64,000 nucleotides of DNA from Eledone cirrhosa (taxonomy: Eukaryota): NCBI GenBank assembly GCA_964016885.1, contig OZ024744.1:77190001-77254000 (forward strand). The letters are read 5' to 3'. Position numbers and translations under genes: made by a program. Of this stretch, positions 40,801 to 54,639 are shown one piece after another (positions within the stretch are counted from its first letter, which is position 1; each line of letters opens with the position of its first letter). Below the pieces are notes generated by a model, which saw only the letters and a program-made list of their open reading frames with translations, was not told the origin of the DNA and made no database searches.

Positions 40801-43760
40801 TGAAGTTGACTTAGATAGACTCCATAGGCAAGGGCCCGGCTACTGGAAGCTGAACGCGTCGTTCCTGGCGCGCAAAGCTTGCAGAGACCGGATTAGCGAA
40901 TTAGTTAAGCGTACGTTGACGGGTGCCATCGTCAACAACAGGTGGTGGTTTGCCCCGAAAAGGGCTATTAGAGTAGAATCGATAAGGTTTAGCAAAGGAG
41001 TAGTGATAGAGGAAAATAGAGTAGAAGAAGAGTTAGTTAGAAAGCTAGACGTGGCGTTTAGGACAGGCATCGCAACCGACGCGCTTGCGGCGTCATTGGC
41101 ACTCGACCAATTCTTCAATGCAAAGCATGAAGGCTGCGTTGTCAGAGCTAGAGCGCGTGCTCTAAGACACGAGAGGACGAAAGCCTTTCAATGGTTCCGG
41201 GTGGTGGAGGCGCGACGTGGCATCAAGTCCACAATTCGGTCTTTGCCTGATCAAAACGGCCGCATATTGCTCGATGTGCAGATGTGTGCGGCTTTTCAAC
41301 AGCACTTTGCTCAATTGTTCGGGAGAGGCGGCGGGCCGGGTCGGAGTATGGATTTCGGTGCATACCTCGACGGACTGCCGCGGCTCTCGACGACCGCAGC
41401 GCAGTGCTGCGAAAAGCCAATAACAGCAGATGAAATACGGGAAGCGATGTCTGACTGCACGAGGGGTAAATCGCCAGGTTTGGATGGTCTGTCCTACGAT
41501 CTTTATGCGTATATACCAGACTTGTTCGGCGACCTCTTGGCAGATGTCTACTACAACTGGCAGCAGAACGGGAGCATTCCCAGTTTTGTGAGCCGGGGAG
41601 CGGTGGCGCTGCTGAGAAAAGACCCGAACAAGGGGGACTTATAGACAACTTCAGGCCTATAACTCTGCTAAACGCAGAGTTTAAGATTTTGGCCAAGGTG
41701 TTAGCAAAGATTGGCGCAAGATTGGCGCTTGTCGTCGGTGATCTGGCGGGAGAGGCGCAGATATGCGCCATTACGGAAAAATCCATCCACGATAAACCTC
41801 CATCTCATGCGATACATTATAGAGAGGGTGGTTAAGGAACCTGGCACGGGTGGGGCCCTGATCAACTTGGATCAACCTAAAGCATTTGATAGGGTCGACC
41901 ATCGGTACCTGGCTGCGATCCTCGAGGCGGCCGGCTTCGGGCCCGTTTTTAGGGGCTGGATCGCTGCGATGCACAGCGACATCTGCTCGATTGTGAGGGT
42001 AAATGGTCACCTGTCGCAGCCTTTCAGCATCATGCGCTCGGTCCGCCAGGGTTTCCCCCTCTCGTCCCTCTTGTACGTACTGGCCCTCGAGCCGTTACTG
42101 CACAAATTAGAGACGATGAAGGGTCCCACGCGAACTGGGATGCGGGAGATCCGTGTCAGCTTACGCCGACGACGTCACCGTGGTGGTGTCGAGCACCAAA
42201 CACGTCCAGATGCTCGGCACCGTTCTCAAGGAATACGAAGCGGTGACAGGAGCAAAGATAAACCAGGAAAAGTCGGTGGACTTGCAGCTCAGCACCTGGA
42301 GAGGCAAGTCCATGCCGTCCGACAACGTCGTGGGGCGCTGGACGGAAGGACCGGTTAAATTGCTCGGGGTCTGGTTTGGTCCGGACCTCCAGATGGAGAA
42401 AAACTGGTGCGAGGTGACGAGCAGGGTGGCCTCTCTCACCCAGAAATAAGCCGAGAGGAGGCTGTCTCTGAAAGGTCGGGCGGAGGTGGCGAATGCGTAC
42501 ATAGCGTCCATCATCTGCTACCGCCTGACCGTCATACCTTGCCCCCGCCCAACTCTAACCTTCTCTTCTGCTTTTTGTGGAAGGGACGTGCTCCCATGGT
42601 CAGACGATCCATTTGCTGTTAACACCCGTTGCGTGGAGGACTAGGCATGTCGTAGCTAATGATGCGCAAACATGCGCTAAGGCTGCGACATCTCTGGTGT
42701 TTCCTGCGACATCTCTGGTGAACAGGTGTGGTCGCCGTTTGCCAGACGCACTTTTTCCCAGCTCGTCTCCTTGACGGAGCTGCAGTCCTGGATCAGGAAA
42801 AGACCGAGGGATAGCGCTTGGAAGCTGGAATGCCTCCAAGCGCTCACCGCCCTCTACCAGCTGGACACTAGTATCGGTGGAACATCCACCTCGGCGTTCT
42901 ATAGAGGGCTAGTGGAGGGAAAGAGCAACGACGTTCTCGGGGAGACCCTGGGCGTCGAAGACGATCAGCTGTTCGCTCTCTCCAAGAGAACTTTCAGACC
43001 GGGGCCTATGGACAACTTCCAGAAATCCGTGGCCTAGCAGTGCTACCGGGGAGCGTTGCCGGTTCGGGATAAGCTCTACAGGCACGGAGGTGCTGTCAGC
43101 CGAGCGTGTCCGAGATGCGCGCAGGGCGACGAAACCGTCCTGCACGCACTCGTTCACTGACTTGTGGAGCTATGTCGAACAGCAGCTGTCGCGTGTAGGA
43201 CGGATCCGGTTATCGACTGAGTCCATTGTGTAGATAGCCACGCCATCCTCCTTTAAAGAGGAGGAAGGGCAGCCAGTTTTCGTCTGCCTGGTGGCCATGG
43301 CGAAAGAGATTGTGTGGTGGACAAGGTTGAAAGGGTTGAAGACGGACACTTTCCTCTCCGGCCAATCCCTGATTAATTTTTTCAAGTTTCACTTGAAGAG
43401 GAAAATCAGGGTGGAGAGGTAAGTGCTGTCTTCTAGTAAGTTTGTTGAAAGGTGGGTGAAAGTGGCGAGTTTGGTCCGAGTGAATGGGCCCGCTCTGAGT
43501 AGGCGCCTGTAAACTAAGGAGAGGGAAAACTGAGAGAGGGTGCTTGGCCGTGGCTTTTTTTGTGGTTTTCGCAACGAGTGACCCTCGGAGGTTTCTCCCT
43601 TTTGGGGGAATTTTCGTTGTTTGAATTTTTTTTTATTTCTAGCCCAATTTTGTTATAACCATTTTACACGACCAAAGCCCACTTTGTATCGTCCTGTACT
43701 GTTCTGCGCTGTCTCTAATGTTTTTCTTTGTGTTAGCCTTTGTGGCCAATAAAGAAACCA
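37870..43760 (+). mobile_element. Near-full-length decayed Tx1/L1-clade LINE (ORF1 ~38084-40093, ORF2 ~40126-43512)
   Basis: ORF1 has a CYLCGQKGHLRAFC knuckle and low-complexity N/T/P tracts. ORF2 has AISET, TDHK, GPGYWKLN, KSPGLDG, NFRPITLLN, LDQPKAFDRV, SVRQG.PLS, AYADD, CPRC..H. AATAAA at ~43748. Confidence 0.95.
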
Positions 43761-43814
43761 TTCTTGTGCCTAAAGTAGAAACAATTATTATTATTATTAT
43801 TATTATTGTTATTG

Positions 43815-44385
43815 TTCTTTGAGTCTCAGTCATTGATGTTATTTAACTGGAAAGTTTGTTGAAATGAATATCAAGCCACTACCTTGAGCCTCAGATATTC
43901 AGGACGTATCGGAGAGTTCTTGCTGTTCCCAGCAAGCATGCCCTTTGAAGTGTTCCAAAAAGCGGGGCGGGTCCAATTTTCGTTAACCATCCTTGGAAAC
44001 TCTTTGAGATAGTACCTAGTGCGCCTATGACAATCGGGACCACTTTGACCTCATGTCAGTTCCAAATCCTTTTTACCTCCCACTTTAAGTCCTGGTATCG
44101 GTTAATTTTCTCCCTCTCCTTCTCTTGCACTCTCGTGTCGAATGGGCAGGCCACATCCACAATCACGCACGATCTTTTTTCCTTGTCCAAAACCACCAGG
44201 TCAGGCTTATTGTGTTCCAGTTTCTTGTCCGTCTGTATCCTAAAATCACATAGCACCTTCACCTGATCGTTTTCTATCACCGACTCTGGCTTATGCTCAT
44301 ACCACTTCTCAGAATGTGGTAAATTGTTTACTTTGCATAGGTGCCAGTGGATCACCCTGCCCTCACATCATGTCTCCAGCCTTTA
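43815..44385 (-). mobile_element. R4/Dong-like 3' fragment with (TAA)n tail
   Basis: IHWHLC, WYEHKP, HNKPDLVV..VDVACPFD, KINRYQDL, QRACLLGTARTLRYVL*. Confidence 0.9.
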
Positions 44386-44399
44386 TTATTATTATTATT

Positions 44400-45625
44400 G
44401 TGGAGGGGACAAGTTCCGTTGGTGAGGCGGTCATTCTGCTGCCAGCACCCTCTACTCGGAGGGCTGGGCATGCCGTGGCTAATGATGCGCAGACATGCGT
44501 TGAGGCTGCGACATCTCCAGATATTCTGCCTCAATGGTGAACAGGTGTGGTCGCCGTTTATCAGTCGGGCCTTTCCGCAGCTCATTTCTTTGACTGAGCT
44601 GCAGTCTTGGGTCAAGAAGAGACCGAGACTGGGTGACTGGTACCTGGAATGTTGCCAGGCACTCACTGCCCTCTACCAAGCGGGCAATGCGATCAGTGGA
44701 ACTTCCACTCTCGAGTTCTATAGAGGATTAGTGGTGGGCAAGTGCGATGACGCACTCGGAGAAGCTTTGGGCCTCGACGAAGTCGAACTGACCAGTCTGT
44801 ACGAGAGGACTTTTGAGCCGGGGACGATGGACAATTTCCAGAAATCCCTCGCTTGGCAGTGCTACCGGGGGGCACTGCCGGTTCGGGATAAACTCTACAG
44901 GCACGGAAGTGCTGTCAGACGGACCTGCCGAAGATGCGCACAGAACGACGAAACCGTTCTGCACGCACTTGTCCAATGTCCGTGCATTACTGACTTGTGG
45001 AGTTATGTCGAACAGCTACTGTTGCGTGTGGAACGAATCCGGCTATCGGCCGAGTCCATAGTGAAGATCGAGCCGCCACCTTCCTTAGGTCAGGAAGAGC
45101 AGGAAATTTTCCTGTCTGGTGGCAGTTGCGAAAGAGATTATATGGTGGACCAGGTTGAAAGGACTAAAGACAGACACTTTTCTCTTCGGCCAATCCCTCT
45201 TCAACTTCTTCAAGTTTCACCTGGAAAGGAAGGTGAGGGTGGAGAGAGAAGTTCTGCCCCCTAGTACATTTGCTAAAAGGTGGCTGAATGTGGCGAGAAT
45301 GGCTCGTGTGAATGGGCCTACTCTGACCATGCGCCTATAGGCTGGCTAACTTAAGGAGAGGGGTGCTCTCCCTGGGTGCCCTAGAAGCGCAGGGTGGTTC
45401 AGGATTGGTGGGGTACCCGAATCACCCCAGGGTCGTCCACCCCCTATCGGGAATTTATTTTGTTATATTTATGCATAGTTTATTTTATATTTTTATATTT
45501 TCATTGTTAAACTAGTCTTGCCATTGTGCACTTTTACTCGACCTTATTGTAAACCCCCACTGTCCCTGTCTTTGTATTGTCCCCTACATGTCGGCCCATG
45601 TGGCTAATAAATGAAATCATTATTA

Positions 45626-45668
<43 letters not shown>
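44400..45668 (+). mobile_element. Tx1/L1-clade LINE 3' fragment with (ATT)n on both sides
   Basis: ORFs 44341-45264 and 45119-45340; AATAAA then (ATT)n. Confidence 0.92.
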
Positions 45669-45674
45669 TTTTTT

Positions 45675-45719
45675 TATCCCAACGCCAGTGTCAGCACGGA
45701 AAGCTGCACCACCACCACC

Positions 45720-45751
<32 letters not shown>

Positions 45752-48590
45752 CAACACCAACATAATCCCACCAACATCAAAAACAGTCAGACCACCACCA
45801 GCACCGAAACCAATCCAAGGGGAAAACGAGGAAAACTCTCCCACTCCCCCTACCCCTCCAATTATACACATAGACAAAACAATAAATGCACACACACAGA
45901 TACACTCACAGTCACAGACCCTTTGTCTTCCAGCAGTGAAGATGAAGGAAAACCCAAAAGTGCCAAAAAACAAAAGAGAAAACTCACCAAAAAAAAAACC
46001 CCAACAAAACACAAAAAATACTGACACCACTAACGCAAACACTTCCCCAATAACATCAGCACCAACATCAACATCAACACCACCCCCACAATCCCCGAAA
46101 CGCAAACGACCTAAACAAACACAAGAGCAAATAAACACACAGACACCTGAAATTGCAGACACCACACCTACAACAAACACAGACATACCCGAAACAACAC
46201 CACCAAAACCATCACCACCACAGTCACCAAAACGAAAACAAATAAAACCACACCAACAAAACATTTAAAACTTCGTGATTGTCAAAAGGGCCAACGATAA
46301 ATTGATGAACCTCTTAACACGAAGCGAGGACATCCAAACAGAGGGGGAGATCTTTGAATTGAACACATTTTGCGTGCCAGAAGATTTGCTTCTGGTGCGA
46401 ATGTCGCTCGATTCCTACAAAGAAATTCTAGAGAGCATTCCTCAAGGCGTGGGAACCCCGAACTTGAAATCCACATCGAGACTTTTAAAGGGGTTCCCAA
46501 AAGAAACCCCACCAACTATGGAGGTTGAACCACCCGACCTTCACAAGACCCCGGGAGGTAAGTAAACCTTCCCTCTCTCTTTTAGCTTGCCAACATGGCC
46601 ATATTAAGAGTAGGAAGTTTAAATGTTCGCGGCCTGGGGTCACCCTGGAAGCAGGGTCGCCTGCTCAACGACCTCAGGTCTCTGGAAATGGATGTGATTG
46701 CGGTCAGTGATACCAGGATTTCCGACACGCGCGCACTAGCCCCCATTTTCGACGGCTATCAGATTTTCGCATCTGTTAGCAGGCCGGGAATTGGAGGTGG
46801 GGTGGCAGTGCTGTTTAGGAAAGGTCTGGATCTCGAGATAAGGTCGATCTTCCAGGATCCAGACAGTAAGTTGGTGATCTTGGATGTGAGCAGTAGCGAA
46901 GGTGGTGCCTTTAGACTGCTGACTGTCTACGCCCCTACTGGGGCCGGATGATCGGACTTCTTTAGGCGCCTGAAAACCTTTCTGGGTACGTCTCGCCCTT
47001 TACTGTTAGCGGGGGACTGGAACGGCATCTTAGACGCACGCTGGGATTGTGTTGGAGTAGCTGATAGGAGCGGGGGGGGGGGTGCAAAAGCCTCAAACAC
47101 CTAATCAGCCAGTTCCAACTGTGTGACAGGTATCGACTACATTCCCTTAATGCGCGAGTGTGGACATGGACCAACCGCATAGTGTCATCTAGATCGTATA
47201 TAGACAGGATCTTCATTAGGAAAATAGATAGAAATAGTGTAGGCTGCCCAATTTTTAAAACGGTCGCCTATTCAGATCATAACTTTGTGATCTGTTTAGT
47301 CGACCTAGATAGAACGGGTAGGTTGGGACCGGGTTACTGGAAGCTGAACACGTCATTTCTGGCACGTAAGGCTTACAGGGACCGAGTCAACAATTTAGTT
47401 AAGCAAAAGTTGACAGGGGGGTTCAGCAACAACAGATGGTGGGGGACTCTCAAAAGAGAGATTAGAGTAACTTCGATAGAGTTCAGCAAAGAACTAGCGT
47501 TAGAGAAAAATAGAAAGGAGAGGCAGCTGGTAGATAAGTTAGACGAGGCTATTTGTAGTGGCATTGCAACTGACGTGCTAGCGGCGAGAATAGCATTAGA
47601 CCATTTCTTCAATGCGAAACACGAAGTTTGCATTATCAGAGCTCAGGCGCGTGCACTGAGAAACGAGGGAACCAAAGCTGTTCGATGGGCCCGCGTAGCG
47701 GAGGCGCAGCGTGGTAATAAAACCACAATTCGGTCTTTGCCGGACCGAGACGGACACGAGATAAGCGATTCCAAGCGCATGTGTGAGGCCTTTCGCCAAC
47801 ACTTTGCTCTGTTGTTCGGGGAGAGTGGTGAGTCAGAGAGAGTAGCGGATTTCAGTCCCTACCTTGACGGCTTGCCGCGCATCTCGACGGTCGACGCTGT
47901 GCGCTGCGAAAGGCCGATTACTTCAGGTGAAATTCAGGACGCCCTTGTCGGCTGCATGAGGCGCAAGTCACTCGGTTTGGATGGCCTGCCCTACGTGATT
48001 TACGTAAATATGCCAGACTTGTTCTCCGATCTCCTCGAAGCACTCTATTGCAACTGGCAGCAGAATGGGAGTATTCCTAGTTCTGTGAGCAGGGGAGTGG
48101 TGACGCTGATAAGGAAAGACGAGAACAAGAGGGATACATTAGACAACTTCAGGCCCATAACTCTGCTCAACACAGAGTTTAAGATTTTGGCAAAGGTGTT
48201 AGCAAAGAGATTGGCGCTTGTCGTCGAGGATTTGGTTGGAGAGGGGGAGACGCAAACTTGTGCAATCTCAGTCAGGTCCATACACGACAATCTCCACCTC
48301 ATGCGATACATAATAGAGATGGTAGGGTGTAAACCTGGCTTCGGTGGGGCATTGATCAATTTAGATCAATCGAAAGCATTCGATAGGGTCGACCATCGGT
48401 ATCTAGAGTTTGTCCTCAAAGCAGCTGGCTTCAGCCCAGTCTTCAGAAGCTGGATTGCTGCAATGCACAGCGGCACATGCTCTGTTGTCAAAGTTAATGG
48501 CCACCTCTCGGAACCATTTCGGCTCTCTCGATCGGTCCGTCAAGGGTGCCCTCTCTCTTCCCTTCTGTTCGTATTGACTCTCGAGCCTTT
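45675..48590 (+). mobile_element. Tx1/L1-clade LINE internal fragment (ORF1 3' half, ORF2 APE to mid-RT)
   Basis: MAILRVGSLNVRGL, VYAP, GDWN, YSDH, GYWKLN, LDQSKAFDRV, SVRQGCPLS; truncated at 48590. Confidence 0.93.
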
Positions 48591-49235
48591 AACCATTCTT
48601 GGAAACTCCTTGAGATAGTACCTAGTGCGCCTATGACAATCGGGACCACTTTGACTTCATGGCAGTTCCAAATCCTTTTTAACTCCCACTTTAAGTCCTG
48701 GTATCGGTTAATTTTCTCCCTCTCCTTTTCTTGCACTCTCGTGTCGAATGGGCAGGCTACATCTACAATCAGGTACGATTTTTTTCCTTGTCCAAAGCCA
48801 CCAGGTCAGGCCTATTGTGTTCTAGTTTCTTGTCTGTCTGTATCCTAAAACCCCACAGCACCTTCACCTGATCGTTTTCTATCACCGACTCTGGCTTATG
48901 CTCATACCACTTCTCAGAATGTGGTAAATTGTTTACTTTGCATAGGTGCCAGTGGATCACCCTGCCCATCACATGTCTCCAGCCTTTATAGTGTGTCTGG
49001 GCTAGGTGTTTACACTCGGATACAATGTGAGCCACAGTTTCCTCTCTCTCTCTCTCCACAGATCCTATACAGTGAGCTAGCCTCCTCCTTGTCAATATGG
49101 TGTTTCACCCACTTCGTTCTGAGGGCTTGCTCTTGCACAGCCATTAGCATTCCTTCTGTAGCTTTTTTAAGGTCTCCTCTTTGTAACCAGTTCCATGTCT
49201 GTGGATCTCTACATTCCGTTTTCTTAAAGAAGGTG
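48589..49235 (-). mobile_element. R4/Dong-like fragment overlapping in homology with 43984-44385
   Basis: WLQRGDLKKATEG..QEQALRT, ETVAHIVSEC, HNRPDLV, PIVIGALG. Confidence 0.9.
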
Positions 49236-49330
<95 letters not shown>

Positions 49331-49479
49331 CGTGTGTGTGTGTGTGTGCATATAAATAAATATGTGAGTGCGATTGCGTGTGCACACACACACACACACA
49401 CACGTGTGTGTGTATACATATAGGTATACGAACTGGTACAAGCCTTCCTATCACATTTGTATATATATATATATATATA

Positions 49480-49545
<66 letters not shown>

Positions 49546-49791
49546 CATATGTGATAGGATGGCGTGAGCCAGTTTGCCATGTGTTCTACATAATAAATAT
49601 AAATATAATTATAATATAATATAATATAATATAATATAATATATATAATATATATGATATATATATATATATACAAAAAGAGATTCAATAGTTTTGAGCC
49701 TGACTTTGATCCCTTTGACTGTGACCCCAAATTATTGTTTTATTTGCTGTCATGTCATTAAGTATATGGAGCACAACACATGGAGTAACCC

Positions 49792-49882
<91 letters not shown>

Positions 49883-50060
49883 GAGAGAGAGAGATAGATA
49901 TGTGTGTGTGTATAAGTATATGTATATATATATATATATGTATATATATACATATTTGTGTATATATATATGTATATATATTTATATGTATATATATATG
50001 TGTATTTATATTTGTATGTATATATATATATGTATATATATATGTATATATATATATGTA

Positions 50061-50130
<70 letters not shown>

Positions 50131-50569
50131 TACATATATATATACGTATATATGCGGGCGCACGCACACACATACACACGGACACATACCTCCACACACA
50201 TCTAACTACACGTACATGCACCTACACACACACACACATACACACAATAGATAGACACGCATGTGCACTGTCAGTGACACACAAAGGAATCGGGAGCAAA
50301 AGGTTATCAGGTTATCATTGGTAAATCGATAAACGCTAAATATTCAGATATTATAACATGTTCTGGTACGATTGGTTTCGGTACATGAACTTAAAGACCC
50401 CGAGGAAATTCCTGAGTGCTGATGTGATTTCTGATAATTGACTTCTGGCTGAGGGAGAGCAAAGACAAGGGGAAAGAATAGGGATTGCTGCTTCTGTTCC
50501 TGTTCTGCTCTACTCTGCTCTGTTCCTGCTCGGCAATGCTCCGCTCCTGTGGAATTATTGGATGTGCGT

Positions 50570-50873
50570 TGGTTTGTGGTTGTTGGTGGTTGTTGTTGGT
50601 TTGTGGTTGTTGGTGGTTGTTGTTGGTTTGTGGTTGTTGGTGGTTGTTGGTGGTTGTTGTTGGTTTGTGGTTGTTGGTGGTTGTTGGTGTTTGTTGTTGT
50701 TGTTGGTTGTTGGTTGTTGGTGTTTGTTGTTGTTGTTGGTTGTTGTTGGTTTGTGATTGTTGGTGTTTGTTGTTGCTAGTTGTTGTTGGTGTTTGTTGTT
50801 GTTGGTGGTGGTTGTTGTTGTTGTTGGTTGTTGGACATTATACGCTAGTTAGACAGTTAGAAAGAATAAGAAG

Positions 50874-50913
<40 letters not shown>

Positions 50914-51420
50914 AGAAGAAGAAGAAGAAGAAGAAGAAGAAGAAGAAGAAGAAGAAGAAGAAGAAGAAATGTGCCTTTTGGTCGGATATTTTAATAAACT
51001 TTTTCATTCATGTCTCCCCACCTCAACCCTTAAAATAATAGCGATGTTGATGATGGCTGTTATTGTTGTTGTTAGGGTGGTGGTGGTGATGGTGGAGTGG
51101 TGGTGAGGATGATGATGAGGATGTTGGTGATGGTGATGATGATGGTCATGATGCTTGTTGTGATGGTTATGATGGCGGTGGTGGTGGTGAGGGTGTGGTT
51201 GTTGTTGTTGTTGATGGTTGTGGTGGTGGTGGTGGTGGTGGTGGTGGTGGTGGTGGTGGTGGTGGTGGCGGTGGTGGTGGTGGTGGTGGTGGTGGTGATT
51301 GTGAAGGTGCCTGTGTTGGTGTTGTTGTAGGTGGTGGAGGTGGTGATGATGATGCTAGTAGTGGTGTTAGTGGTGGTGATGGTTGTGGTGCTGCTGGTGT
51401 TGTTATTGTTGTTGGTGGTC
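50570..51420. repeat. Compound low-complexity block: degenerate (GTT/GGT)n, (GATA)n, (GAA)n
   Basis: Direct reading. Confidence 0.95.
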
Positions 51421-51524
51421 CTTGTGGTACTTCCACACCACCCCTCCATGCATCGCAGTATTTCGTTGTGGTCAATAAAAGAAATCGCTTTTAACACTGA
51501 AACGTGGAAGAACTGAGTTGACAT

Positions 51525-52260
51525 CTGAAGACAACATCGTTGTAATTGTGTCGGATACAATGGAAAACGGTGTGGTCAACGCCATTCTTAAGGAATACAA
51601 AGTGGTGACAGGAGCAAAAATTAAGTCGGACGAATCGACTGGCTTGTAATTCGGTACTTGGGTAAGCAAGTCCTTTGTCATCGGACACCATCGTGGAGCG
51701 TTGGATAGACGGACCGGTTAAGTTTTTTGATATTTCGTTTGGTCCGGTCTTCCTGATGAGTAAGAACTGGAGCGAGATTACGATTATCGCGGCCAGGCTC
51801 ATTAAGAAAGGGGCTCAATGGAAGTTATCCCCGAAAAATCTAGCAGGGGTTATTAAATGTGTGCGTTGGTTCTGTTATATATTATCGCAATACCGTCGTG
51901 TTTTGCTCCAGTTTTCAGCGGATCCGCTTGAGGCGTCTACTCCTCCGCTTTTGCTGGAAAGGACACGCTCCACTGGTCTGCGAAGTTCTCGTTATGCAGT
52001 GGCTGCTAATGTGTAGTGATGCACTGAAATTGTGGCACCCGCAGAGATTCTCGAACGACGAACAGATGTAATTGCTCTTTATTAAACTCGTTTTACTGTA
52101 GCTTGTCTCTTTGAGAGAGGTGATGTCTTCACTCAAACGCCTGGTTTCTAGAATTTTGTCAGATGCTTTCAACCCGGTAACGGTTAAGTAACGTGCCCAG
52201 TGGAACTTCCACGTTAGATTCCTAAGAAATAAGCTGAACGAAAGTCATCTTTGTAAACTC
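51525..52260 (+). mobile_element. Old, highly decayed Tx1/L1 ORF2 fragment
   Basis: ILKEYKVVTGAKI and ERWIDGPVKFFDISFGP..KNWSEI align to 42220-42450. Confidence 0.8.
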
Positions 52261-52392
52261 TAGCAGAGGTGTTAAATGTGTACAACGTTCCCGAAAGAAA
52301 TCTGAGCATTGACGAGAATCAACTGACTGCGTTTGTTCCGGAATACTTACAAGAATAGAAAGAGACGAGTGGAGGTGTAGACTACTTAACGA

Positions 52393-52824
52393 TTTCATTA
52401 ACGTATTTCTCATGAAACGCTCTGTACAGTCGGTGAAATATATCGCAGTGTATAAGATAAGAAAGAGATTGGGTGTGTAAGACTGTTTAACCCTTTCATT
52501 GAAGTATTTCTAATGAAACGCTCTGTACAGTCGGTGAAATATATGGCAGTGTATAAGATGAGAAAGAGAAGATTGGGTGTGTAGACTGTTTAATTCTTTC
52601 ATTAACGTATTTCCAATGAAACACTGCGCATCTTAATCAATGAATGAAAAAATAGGAAAGGATTTACTAAAAATATCATTTTATTAAGATGGTATTTGTA
52701 ACATAACAAAATTGTTTTATATAAAATTAGGTTGGATGGTTTTAATCTAAATCTAAATAAAATGGGTAGTTTTGAATCATAGAACTAAAGGCAGTTTAGA
52801 ACGGGTTGGTATCAAAAAGGTTAA
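52393..52824. mobile_element. piggyBac-like MITE (~52590-52824) preceded by a ~102-bp tandem duplication of its left end and flank
   Basis: TTAA-CCCTTT / AAAAGG-TTAA-type termini; repeated block CGTATTTC..GAAACGCTCTGTACAGTCGG. Confidence 0.5.
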
Positions 52825-54089
52825 GGTGCGAAATATTCAAGAATATAAAGAAAGGAGTAGGAAGAAAATATTGCTTGAATGCATTTTTGTGTGTTATTAT
52901 TTGTTGCATATGCATGTAAATGTGTGTTGAGTGGGTTTTTTTGGGGGTTTTTTTTTTGTTTGTTTTTGTTTTTTTGCATGTATACTCTCTAATAGGGGGT
53001 GGAAACAGCGGAGAAAGGGTTTGACATTTGCTTAAATTCTTATAAGCGGAGGGTGTGAAATAAAAGCGGGTAGGTTGTAAAAAATCTGAAAAATTAATAA
53101 GCGGGGGATGGGGCATTATTCAAGACATGAGAGTACATGTATAACAAAACCTGTGATTCTCAGAGAGTCCGGACACATCCCTACTCTTGGAATTTTCCCT
53201 TTTTCTCTGTTTTGAATTGTCTTCTATTAATTTTTACTCAATCACCATATTAACATGAGCAAACTTTTCAACCCTCAGTAATTGTGTGATCCTAAACAGA
53301 ATTAAGTCTGAAGCAGCATTTTTGTTTTAATTCGTAATCACCCTTATATACTGGCATTTCATTTGATGAAATTCCTTTCCTGGGAACCAATTGTCCCCTG
53401 TTTTGAATCACGGATCTGTACGTATGTCAATTGCTCTTTGTTGTAAGTGTATTGTGAAATGTAAACCCGAGAATAAGTTACAAATGGCTAATATGATTTA
53501 TAAATTCTATGGTCAAAGAAAAAGTTGTAAGCTTTATGGCAGTATCGGTAGAGGGTCGGACGCCATGCTTTGCAGCAAAGAGTTACGGCCCTTTATGGTC
53601 TGAGTTCAAATACCGCCGAGGTTAACTTTGCCTTTCATCCTTACGAGGTCGATAAAATAAAGTACCAGTAATGCACTGGGATAATTGTCGGCCTTGTGCC
53701 AAAAGTAGAAATAATTAATCATAAGACAACACAATGGTAAAATAAAGACGTAAACAACATACACACAATATAATCAAAGTGAATTAATTTACATTTAACG
53801 GTCATATTTTGACAGTAAGGTTTATATATATAATTGTTCCTACTTTTGGCACAAGGCCAGCAATTACCTCAGTGCATTACTGGTGCTTTATTTTATCGAC
53901 CCTGTAAGGATGAAAGACAGAGTTAACCTTGACCAGATTTGAACTCAAAACGTAAAGGGCCGTAACTCTATGCTGCAAAGCATGGTGTCCGACCCCCTAC
54001 CGGTACTGCCAATCCACCACCCCTTTATATATATATATATGATATTTGCCAATTACAAAGGAGGCGATACTGAAGCCAACAACACTACA

Positions 54090-54130
54090 CATCCTGAAGA
54101 TGAGACTGTGAAAATCAAGAAACATTGATG
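54090..54130 (+). ncRNA. Degenerate minimal hammerhead motif
   Basis: CATC-CTGAAGA-[TGA..TCA]A-GAAA-CATT-GATG with stem I CATC/GATG; 50 nt from a (TA)n. Confidence 0.5.
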
Positions 54131-54639
54131 ATGGATTTAGAAATGTTATTGTTCCAAACGAACTACAAGGGACTTATAAGAAAATATGAAAAAAGACTAA
54201 TAAGACTAATAAGAAAAAAATTATGGTTTCTTATATAGGCACAAGGCCTACAATTTTGGGGAAGGGGAAAGTCGAGAAAATCGATTCCAATGTGTGATTG
54301 GTACTTTATTTTATCGATACCGTAAGAATGAAAGGCAAAGCTAATCTTGGCGGCATTTGAACTCAGAATAAAGAGCCGTAACTCTATGCTGTAAAACATG
54401 TTGTCCGACACTCTACCGATTCTGAAAAAAAAAAAAAAAAATAATAATAATAATTGTTTCTACTTTAGGCACAAGGCCAGCAAATTACCCAGTGCATTAC
54501 TGGTACTTTATTTTATCGATCCCGTAAGGATGAAAGGCAAAGTCAACCTCGGCAAAGTCAAACTGGAACATAATCGTGTTTATAATTCAGCTTCATCAAA
54601 ACCTTTGACAGAGTCGGTCAGGTCACAACACACTGCTGA

